The position numbers were made by a program, and so were the translations under genes. A model generated the notes under the pieces. It searched no databases. It was not told where the DNA came from and saw only the letters and a list, made by a program, of their open reading frames with translations. Source: the human T2T-CHM13v2.0 reference genome, Homo sapiens. From it: DNA of 64,000 nucleotides. The stretch lies in assembly GCF_009914755.1 (NCBI RefSeq), contig NC_060942.1; one strand, 5' to 3'. Shown piece by piece: positions 48,785-59,398 of the stretch; the first letter of the stretch is position 1, and each line of letters opens with the position of its first letter.

Positions 48785-50660
48785 ATGTCGGTTAATACCA
48801 CCTAGAATAGAGATTATATTTCCAGATAACCTTGTCGCTTAATATGGCCCTATAGCAAAATTCTGACCAGTGAGAAATAAGCAAAAGTTTATTTTGGCAA
48901 TGTCTGGGATACCTTCTGTGGAAAATATTTTGCGTGCATGCTTTGACCCTCTTCTACATCATTTCCTTCATCTTGTTCCCTAGAATACAATGCCTCCATC
49001 TTGAACCATGATGACAATGGCCACACCTTAGAGGTGGAGGAGTATGGTTAATGAAGAACTCAGTGGGACAGTGCTGCCATGCCAATCCTGCCATACTGAC
49101 CTTTAAGCTCTTGGGTAAGTAGAAATAAATTTCTTAATTGCTTAAGCCATTGTAAATTTTGTTCTTTGTAATTTTTGAATTTAAGACTGATAAAGATTTT
49201 ATTAACTGGAATTAGAACTCTTTCTATTTTAGAATCTATAAGGTAGGCTGAACAGAAGTGCTTATAGTAATGTTAGCAAAGACTTGGATTATGGAGGCTG
49301 GGTTGCTAGTTACCCTTGTTATGTTGTGGGAATAAACTTTTAGCCAAGGGTTAGCTGTTGCAACATGGAAACCAGACCATTGCTGACCTAGGGGAAATGG
49401 GAGGATTATTTCAGAAAATGTTACTGTCTTCAACAAACTGAATGAACAAGTGAACTCATGCCAGAGGTCCACAGGCAGCAAGCAATAGAGAAACGGAGTT
49501 TTTGTGTGTTATTTGAAGCACTTTCTGCCTTGGCCAAGGATCTAAACAGATAGAAAGTCCTATAATTTGGAGCCTTGAAGAACTGAAAAAACTAACTGCT
49601 TTCTATAAAAAACTTGACCAGTTAGGAAGTGGCTTCAAAATGACAAACTTAACAAAAGAAATACTGATATCCTGCCCCACAGAGGCTGCAGGACTAATGA
49701 TACAGCTGGGTCATGTGTGATCTTTCCCATCCCATGACATTGTTTTTCAGACAACATCAAGGTAACCAGCACTGACTGAGAGCTTTAAGGGTGGATGAAG
49801 TTCTTTATATAAAAGATAACAGACTTCAGGCTTAAAAATGAGATTTGAACAAGATCTTTGGCTAAGGGAGCATGAATGGGAAATTGTCTAGAAATGAATA
49901 AATAAGAGCTTTACAGAGTTATTACATACATTATATTGCTAGAGAAAACATGAGGCAGACTGGAGTGCAAAAGTCAGTAAATTTTCTACGCAATAACAAT
50001 CTCAGGATTCACAAATCTGTTCTAATAGAAGGCGGGCTCCTAAATTTACCCAGTCTTCAGGAAAGATATATTTTCTGATGCCCACCATGGATCTGGCTAT
50101 GAATAATAAAGAATAATGAATGACCTCTCAGAGGACATGGAAGGTACTCAGATAACAATGGAAATGGAGATTCTTCACATAGAGTACAATCAAGGGATTG
50201 CAGGTAATAAAGGAATTTACACTTCTGCCAGAGGAGGGGTTGTTCATTATCCCTGACTAATGGAATTTTATTTTTGCTATGGCCTTGCAATTGCCATATG
50301 CTTTTGCTGTGGTTTTCTGCCTCTATTGCTTCCTTGTGTATGGTACTTGATGGAGAAAACTGTAGCACACAATGATGGATACTAGACTTTGAACTTGCTC
50401 TGAAGCTGGAGGATATTTTAGGGCTTTCACTCATGAGAAGGATGTGAAATTTTGTGTGTGGGGGAAGAAGAATACATTCAGACATTTAGGAGGGCAAAGA
50501 GGTAGACAGGAGCAGTGAGTGTTAGCTGGCCTTCAATACTAAGCCTCCTCTTCCTTTTGGAAATACAATCTACAACCAGGCACATTTTTCAGCTTTGATT
50601 TTTGTTACATGTAGTCATGTAACTAAGTTTTAGTGACTGAGATGTAAGTAGATGAATTTC
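48785..50660 (+). mobile_element. MLT1H-like MaLR (LTR ~48785-49190, internal region, partial second LTR ~50500-50660)
   Basis: agaaataaatttcttaattgcttaagccattg LTR end; purine-rich gaggtagac before the second LTR. Confidence 0.6.
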
Positions 50661-50694
50661 CACACCCTTAAGACTCAACTAGAGTGTGCCCTTT

Positions 50695-51345
50695 TCTTAA
50701 TTAATAAAGAGCTGCACATAGTTTATGTGCAAAATTGGATGAATTTAGACATATACAAACATTCATGATACTATCATTATAATCAAGGTCATAGATACAT
50801 GCAGCATCTCCCAAAGTTTCCTTTTGTCTCAGTTTCTGGCACATGTGTGATAAGAACACTTAACGTGAGATATACACTCAATTAAAATTGAAGTGTACAA
50901 TACTGTATTTTTATCTGTAGGCACTATGGGTACTATGTAATACGGCAGATCTCTAGAATTCATTTCTCTAGCATGAGCATAGTTAAAACTTTATACCCAT
51001 TGAACAACTCCCTATTTTCCTCACCTCTTCAGCTGCTGGCAACTACTATTCTAGTCTCTGCTTCTGTGAGTTTGACTACTTTAGATATCTCAGATGAGTG
51101 AAGTATGTAGTATTTATCCTACTATTACTGGCTTATTTCACATAACATAATGTCCTCCAGGTTCAACCCTGTTGTCACAAATGGCTAGATTACCTTCTTT
51201 TTAAAGACCGAATAAGAGATATCTGTACTACACTGTTCATTGCAGCATTGTTCACAATAGCCAAGTATGGAAACAACCCAAGTGTTCATAGACAGATGAA
51301 TGGATAAAGAAAATGTGGTATCTATATATAATGTAATATTATCCT
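50695..51345 (-). mobile_element. L1MA-type 3' end with 5' inversion
   Basis: Antisense 3'UTR at 50695-51214, then sense gagatatctgtac...aaaatgtggtat to ~51345. Confidence 0.82.
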
Positions 51346-51655
51346 TTGCTTTTTCTTCTTCTCTTTTTCTCCTTTCTTGTTAAAAGGAAAATATGCTATA
51401 TGGGGCTGAAATGTCCTCCCTGGAACATCAAATGATCTTAAAATGTAGGCCACACACATGACAACATAAAAGACACATAGATCCATGACAATATAACATG
51501 GCACATCAGTCATATTTGGCACAAAGGAGAAGTAAACTTTAAGTGTTATTTAATTAGGAATATTTACATTTTCAACTAAGAGAAAACTCAAGTAACAGTA
51601 TGTTAATCGCAGAGTTGAGTTTTTTCATATAACAAGAAGTCTTAGTAGGAGATGG

Positions 51656-52031
51656 TATGTTAGTCCATTCTCATACTGCTATGAAGAAATACCCAAGACT
51701 GGGTAATTTATAAAGGACAGAGGTTTAATTGACTCACAGTTCTGCATTGCTGGGGAGGCCTCAGGAAACTTACAATCATGGCAGAGGCAAATGAGAAGCA
51801 GATAGTTTCTTCACAGGATGGCAGGACTGAGTGAGTGCAAGCAAGGGAAATGTCAGACTCATAAAACCATCAGATCTTGTAAGAACACACCCACCATAAT
51901 GAGAATGGCATGGGGGAAATGGCCTCCATGTTCCAATTACCTCCACCTGGTCCCACCCTTGACACGTGGGGATTATGAGGATTCCAATTTGAGGTGAGAT
52001 TTGGGTAGGGACAGAGAGCCAAAGCATATCA
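51656..52031 (-). mobile_element. THE1C/D solo LTR
   Basis: ttagtccattctcatactgct...gccaaagcatatca. Perfect 5-bp TSD gatgg. Confidence 0.93.
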
Positions 52032-53968
52032 GATGGTTAGTTTAGATTCAGCTAGACCAGAATCCTATCAAGGACCAATGCTCTGTCTTTATTTCTGTTC
52101 CTCTATTCTTAGAGTGGTGGCATTTTTAACTTATTTTTGTACTTCATGGTTATAAAAAGGGTATCTCAGTTTCATGTGCCTGTATGTACTCATCCTCTAA
52201 CTAAAAGAGAATTGTGATGCATGCACTACAAATTTTGCTCAGATTTATTTCATAATGTAAATTAACTGATTTTTTAAAATGGCATATTCAAAGGCTGTGA
52301 TATATGTAAATGCACAAAATAAAAACACTGAGAGTACAAAAATGTCTAGTTTCATAATAGAAAGGTAAATCATAGAAATATACATGAACTCAAATTAGGT
52401 AACACTTTGCAATCACGGACTGGTACATTTATGTAAAACAAAAGTAGAAATTATATAAAAATGTAATAGTCATGTCAGTTACATTAACTGACATGGTACC
52501 AGTATTGCAATATAATTATGGACAGATGACTTCTGGATTGCTTGTAAGCTTTAACAAACTACTTTTGCTTTACCGTAAGGGCAGATGTCACCATTTCAAT
52601 TTCATGTGAAAAAATATGCAAACCTTTCAATGATACTCATGTGTTTATGCATAAAATTGTTTTCTAAGGAAATGATTTCCATTATTAGATATTCATTGAG
52701 CGCTAGAAAATGCATTCTGTCTTACATTATTCTTGTGAGATCAAAGTCCTACGTAGTTTTCTTCAGATTAGATTAAATATATTCTGACTTGGTTTAGAAA
52801 GCAAGAGCCATTTTCTTAATGTAAGATAAACTCATGAAAATTTACAACATTTTGGGGGAGGAGGGGGAGAAAAAGAAAGGTGAAAAATAAATCTAAAAAT
52901 CATTTAAAACATTTCATGTCCACATTTACTGAAACTTTATATTTACTTTGTTGTAGAAATCTGGAAAGAAAATCCTTAGTAAACATGTAATTTTGATAAC
53001 ACGTGCCTATTAGGGGAGTGGATAGAGATGATGGTTAAAATGTCCTGACAAATCGTAGATGATTCATAGAAAACATGGGTTCAGGTATAGAAATTAATAG
53101 AATAAAGAAGTGGTGTGCACACATGTGGCTCATGTTTTCCTGTCAGATGCTCCTTTCTTATTTTTCTCTGTATGACTGTGTTTATAATGCATTTGTGGCT
53201 ATGTGGGAATGTGCAGAGATCAGCCCATCAACAGTGACTTCTCAGAATTTTACTTGACTTTCCAGTCTTCATTACTTCAGTAGGAAAATAAAGTCCTGAG
53301 GAAAAAATGGTAAGTGTTTTTACCTGGATTTCTTCGAGTAGCTTGAGAAAGAGACCACTGATTTTGCTAACAATGGATGCCCAACATTAAGTGTTCACAA
53401 AATATTATTTTATTATCCTTACTAACTTCTGAATATTACCCTGCAAATATGCTTATATCACTCTGATGGTAAGAAAGAGCCAAGGGAAGTTGGTTTTTAT
53501 TTTTTGCTTCGCTTTTGTATTTTCATCTGCTAAAATTGGCCAAACTCATATCAAGGTGACAAATATAAATTATTTCTCTCCCATAGTTTTGACATAATGA
53601 AACAGAAAGAAAAGATACAAAGAGGAATCAGGAGATTTGTTTAACCAAACTGGTTTACTCTTGTAATGCTAATAAACATAGAAGTTGCTGAAGAAAGATT
53701 TTGCATTTCCATTGCTACAGTGTTCCTCAGAGGGCAGGCAGAGTATGATGTAAAGGGGAAAGGGGAGACAGAAGAGAACAATTGCTCAAGTGGACATTTT
53801 TCAGTTCTGTTGTGTCCTGAGAAAAGTTCTGTATAAATATCACACCATAAAGTAGCACTATAGGGCAGAATTCTGCATTTGCAGATATGATTACTTTAGC
53901 ATGGAAGAAAAGAGGATTTCTAATTCTGTGATGATTGGAATAAATAAATGCTAAAAAATGTCATGCTG

Positions 53969-54470
53969 CAATAAACATATTGCAGCATGACTTTTTTAGC
54001 ACACGTATGTTTATTGCGGCATTATTCACAATAGCAAAGACTTGGAACCAACCCAAATGTCCAACAATGATAGACTGGATTAAGAAAATGTGGCACATAT
54101 ACGCCATGGAATACTATGCAGCCATAAAAAATGATGAGTTCATGTCCTTTGTAGGGACATGGATGAAATTGGAAAACATCATTCTCAGTAAACTATCGCA
54201 AGAACACAAAACCAAACACCGCATATTCTCACTCATAGGTGGGAATTGAACAATGAGATCACGTGGACACAGGAAGAGGAATATCACACTCTGGGGACTG
54301 TTGTGGGGAGGGGGGAGGGGGGAGGGATAGCATTGGGAGATATACCTAATGCTAGATGACGAGTTAGTGGGTGCAGTGCACCAGCATGGCACATGTATAC
54401 ATATGTAACTAACCTGCACAATGTGCACATGTACCCTAAAACTTAAAGTATAATAATAATAAAAAAAAAA
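53969..54470 (+). mobile_element. L1PA2 5'-truncated insertion with a complex 5' junction
   Basis: gatgacgagttagtgg (GAG allele), aatgagatcac and ctgcacaatgtg. 16-bp TSD aaaaaatgtcatgctg (53953-53968 and 54465-54480). Confidence 0.93.
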
Positions 54471-54821
54471 TGTCATGCTGTCCTACAATTGTCCCCTGGC
54501 CATTCCCCACCTCAGACCCACCTTTAAGAATTACCACATCAATCTAGGGTATTTAGAAGTAAAGAGGTTTTCTCCCCTGCCCAGCTGATACCTTTAAAAT
54601 TCTTTCTTAGGATTTTGTAGTTAAGGGAAAACATCAAGCTGGCTTTTGCTTGTCTATAAGATTATTAATGGGAGATGACTAGTATCATCCAGCTGCAACA
54701 CATACAGGATGAAGTTAACCTCAGGCTCTTGGACAATGTAGACACTGGAATAACATCCAAAGAGAATTGGGACCATAATAGCATTAGCACAGATGGAGTG
54801 CAATGAAATCACATGTAAATA

Positions 54822-54966
54822 AATTATATATATTATAATATATATAATTTATATATAATTATATAAAATATTTATTATATATTATATATATAATATATAA
54901 TATATAATTATATAACATATATAATATATAATATATAATTATATAACAATATATAATATATATAAT
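54822..54966. repeat. Degenerate (TA/TAA)n low-complexity tract
   Basis: Directly visible. Confidence 0.93.
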
Positions 54967-55539
54967 GTTAGCTTGAATTATAGCATGGAAGTTTTATTGT
55001 TTTTAAATTTTCTGCAATCTTAAGGAGCATGGGAAAAAAACAATCAATTGGATATTTTGCCTCAAGCTGGGCAATAACTCATTTTTTTATGAATGCCTGT
55101 TTTTTCCATGAGTTATATGTCTAGATGACTATATGCCTGCAAACACAACAGCTCTATAATCTTGAAATTCTTCTGGTTACAGTTGATGTGTTTTTCCTAG
55201 TCTAACGTTTCCAGAATATCTCCTAAATCTCTGCAAACTGTAATAATATTTTATGCTTTAATGTTGTGCAAATTCTAGTCCCTTTAGAAAAAAAATAAAA
55301 GAAGATTGCAGTTCTGCTATGTAAGTAGCAGAAGCATAAAGCTCTAAAAAATGTGTGGCAGTTCATTTCCTTTGAAACATCCACTTAATGATAATTTGCC
55401 ATAAATTTTAATTCAATTTTTGTTTGTTTCTTTCAGGTGTTGATCTTTTTAATGTAGTCAACAATATTTACATATAACAATTGGCAACTTAGAGTGTTAT
55501 TAATAGATTATTCACCTGTATTTGCCTTTATTTGTGTGT

Positions 55540-55641
55540 GATGGGCGCAGCAAACCACCATGGCACATATATACCTATGTAACAAACCTGCACATTCTGC
55601 ACATGTATCCCAGAACTTAAAGTATAATAATAATAAAAAAA
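55540..55641 (+). mobile_element. L1PA7/8-like 3' terminal ~100 bp
   Basis: gcagcaaaccaccatggcac...cccagaacttaaagtataataat. Confidence 0.88.
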
Positions 55642-57699
55642 TTTAATTCTATATAATGTTTTTATTTTCTCCTCTCCCAAGATTAAAGCATTTTCTTTGC
55701 TTACAGCATAATAAGCATATTAGAGTACAATAGAAGTACAGGAAAAAACAGATATACAGACTGTTCCTCTTGAGTTAAATGAAATTTAACACAACTGTCC
55801 ACTGGGTGTTTTTTATTCATGACGCAGGAATGCACTACTGCTAGTAGTTCACATGAAAAGACATGGTTCAGGAAAGGAATGTTTTTCACTAGGATAAATA
55901 AACAGCCAATCTTGGAGTGAACAGAAAATCCCACAACAGACACTTGGCAAGACTTTGCTAGTAATAAGTTAGTTCAATTGAGAGGGGGATTTAGCATTGT
56001 TTCTTTTCCAGGAGATGAATGATTAAAAATACTCCCTGCACCAGGTGCTCTGTGGTGCTCTTGACCTTCATTCCCATCTATATTTGCAGGTGTTCCTTCA
56101 GTTTTACAGGGTTAAACTGTGTCTTTCTATGTCTCCATGCGGTGTAATTTTAGTGACATGCATTGTGGATGAGTGCAGTCACTTCTCTTGCCATTACAGA
56201 TAAATTTTAAACAACAGGATCCAAAACCTCATCCATGAAACTTGGATGTGTATCAAGGGAACCGGAAGAGATGCCAACATTTGTTTACACTGTGTATTAT
56301 GAGTATGGAGTTATAGCCTGACATTTGCATTCAAGTGGATTTAAAGAGATAATTTAAACTGAAGGTATATATTAATATTATATACAATTTCTTATGATGA
56401 ATTTTAAAATAAAGAAAGGGAAAAATGCATAATTTTATTTGAAGATCAACATTGGTTTTGGTTGATATACCATTAGAATCTGAATTACAGTTGTAAGTAC
56501 ATACGTTGATACACTAAAAAGATAAAACCTAATATATTATCTGTTGTGGTTGTACCATGGAAGAAGTGAAATATGAGAGATAGCTGCTTGTTCAGAAAAA
56601 AAATAGGGTCACTTTACTGTACATTTTCTGCTGGGAACAAGAGAAAGAAAAGCTGCTTCTCTATGAACTGTGACTGTCTCCAATTCTGAACAGCAGGTAA
56701 TATTGGAGGTGTTGTAAATACAGTAAATCCAATTTTGTTGTTTTGTTTCTGATATCTATCTTTCTATCTATCTTCATCATCATCATCAATCACCTACATA
56801 GTATCTATCATCTATATATCTAAAAATTAAGGAAGCTTTAGTATTAACAACATTGGGAGATTGCACATATTTACCAAAGCTAATATATATTATTTTCTGA
56901 GTTGTAACTTTCATATTTGTTTTTCCATATATGACTTTGGTAATTCAAGGTACTAGTTATGATGGATGTTATTTGAATCTATTAGTTTGGAAATTAAAGT
57001 AGAGCAATACCACAATAACAAGAGTATGCAGGAGTCTCTGTGATTTTGCAGTTAAGGACTTAAAAGTGTGTAAATAATTTATAAAGGAAAAATAAATTGG
57101 GTCACTAAAGTAATGCAAAGTAAAAAAAAAAAATAGTGCAGGCCAATGAAAGAGGATCAGAGAAGATAGTAAACCACACTTTGAAAAACAGTACTTGCTT
57201 TTATTTTATTTTCAATCATTGTATCTTATGAAAGTATTGGGACTTTGTTTTTGATACAATGTTCCATTATTTGAAGATTATTTTGCTTTTCAGATGGCTG
57301 TTGCTTTAGTGATACTCAGTGATAGGTACTTCCTGGAACTGCATAATTAGTACCAAATTCGGGATTGACGGGTCAAAAGGGTCAAAATAAAAAAGAAAAT
57401 GGGAAACTATATATTCAAGTAAGGTAAAATATGAAATTTAGAAAGAAATAAGTAAATTTAATTACCAATTTTAGTCTATGATACATTAAATAAAGAAAAA
57501 CTCATTTTATCATCAAAAAGGACTAAATCCTTTCTCTTATTTTTCTTCTTTCTTCTACATATCAGAGGATATGTTTGGCACTCAAAATGTATCTAATTTT
57601 CTACATTCTGAAGCTGGCAAATAAAATAATAAACCTATTGAACCTGAAATATGTTTTTGGGAAAAAGTAAGAATGCATTCAGATATTAATTGAGATTAT

Positions 57700-57755
57700 T
57701 AAAGAGAACAAATTGTCCAGCCTAAAGAGAACAAATTTTCCAGCCTAAAGAGAAC
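57700..57755. repeat. 23-bp tandem repeat, about 2.4 copies
   Basis: taaagagaacaaattKtccagcc starts at 57700 and 57723, with a partial copy at 57746. Confidence 0.9.
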
Positions 57756-58654
57756 CTTGTTAGTGGACAAATATGGGCTTTTTGTACCTCAAAAAGGGAA
57801 GCCACATTTATAGTCATTGGGAACAGGTAGAGTCTTTTGAAAGTCAGAAAAATATAATAATGCCAACAAGGATTCTAAGTTATAAGAGTAATAAAAGACA
57901 ATTAAAATACATATGTGCATTTCCTGATATGAATCCTAAACTAAATTGTTTTAAATGTAAGTGATTTAAAATATATACATGGGCTCTTATTTTTTAAGAA
58001 GGAGATAAAGTAAGAAAAAAGACTTGCTTAAAATGTTAAAGAAGGGTGATTTGTTTTTCTGGCATTTCTCTGTTTTCTTAGCAGCAAACTACATTGGAAT
58101 TTGCTGTTTGGTTACTCAGTCTGCCAAATTTTGGATGCTCCACCTGTGTCAAATTTGAACAGCAGATGGGTCTGCCACTTGAACTTCTGCCAGTAAATAT
58201 GGGCCCCAATTCCAAAGTAAAAGGACTGGGCCTGAGGTGAGGGTGTACAATGTACAATCCGGTTCTGAGTGCAATTATCAGGAGTGTGATTATGCTTCAG
58301 GTTAATTTGGAGGGAATCTTTTTTCCTAAAAGTTGTATTGGGAAGTAGAGAAGATCCCTCAAGATCTGTTTTGGTTTCACTTGAAATTGTGGACCATGTA
58401 AAATGCACCGTGGAAGGACTTTGGTCTACAAGGCAAAGTAGAGTGGCACACTGTGGAAGAAATACTGTGATTGTGGCATAAGGGGAAATCATGTGATATT
58501 TTGGTGTTTATTGCAAGAGCAGTGAAAAATTATGGGTAGTAATTTTGGAAATTATAGGGTTTGGTAAACATGACAGGGTTTGGAAATGTGTCACTAGAAT
58601 AAAAAGACAAAGAAATCATTTATCAAAATTATTGGAGCTATTGAGAAGCTATTA

Positions 58655-59398
58655 CGGTAGTCCTCCTTATCCATGGTTTTGCTTTCTTGGTTTCTGCTTA
58701 TTAAGCTACTGTTACACAAACCTTTCACAGTCTCAATTTCTCTTCTATGGGATGGCTTCCCCTTCACTAGGCCCTACTGCTGGATCTAGGAGCACAGTAG
58801 TCTCTCTTTGTCTATGGGGGACAAGTGCCAAGACCCCAGTGAATGCCTGGACCACTGAGTTCCACCATGCTCTGAAAATATTAAATGGGAAATCCCAGAA
58901 ATAAACAATTCTTAAGTTTCAAATTGTGTTCCTTTTTGAGTAGTGTGATGAATTCTTTAGTTGTATCACTCCCTCTCTCTGGATGTGAATCATCCCTTTG
59001 TCCAGCATTCTTATGCCATCAACACTTATCGCCTATACTCACTTAGGAGCCATCTCAGTTATCAAATCCATTGTCCCAGTAACACAGTGCTTGTGTTCAA
59101 GTCAGCCTTATTTTACTTAATAATAACCCCAAAATGCAAGAGTGCTGGCAACTCAGATATGCCAAAGTGGAGCCTTAAGGTACTTCCTTTAAGTGAAAAG
59201 GTGAACATTCTTGACCTAATGAGAAAGAATAAAAGTTTTACCCAAAGGTGCTAAGATCTATGGTAAAATGAATCTTCGATCCATAAAATTGTGAAAATGG
59301 AAAAAAATGCATAATTTATATAAGTTTTGGCACAATCGACAATTTCAGGCATTCGCTGGTCTTGGAACTTGTCTCTCAAAGATAAAGGGAGACTACTG
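58655..59398 (+). mobile_element. MER44 (Tigger7-derived MITE) with an internal inverted duplication
   Basis: TIRs ta|cggtagtcctccttatcc ... gataaagggagactactg; typical MER44 body. Confidence 0.9.

Noticed and set aside
54304-54326. G-quadruplex motif
   Set aside because: Standard feature of the L1PA 3'UTR.
55417-55440. Strong splice acceptor ttttgtttgtttctttcag
   Set aside because: No convincing nearby donor or reading frame; common in T-rich DNA.
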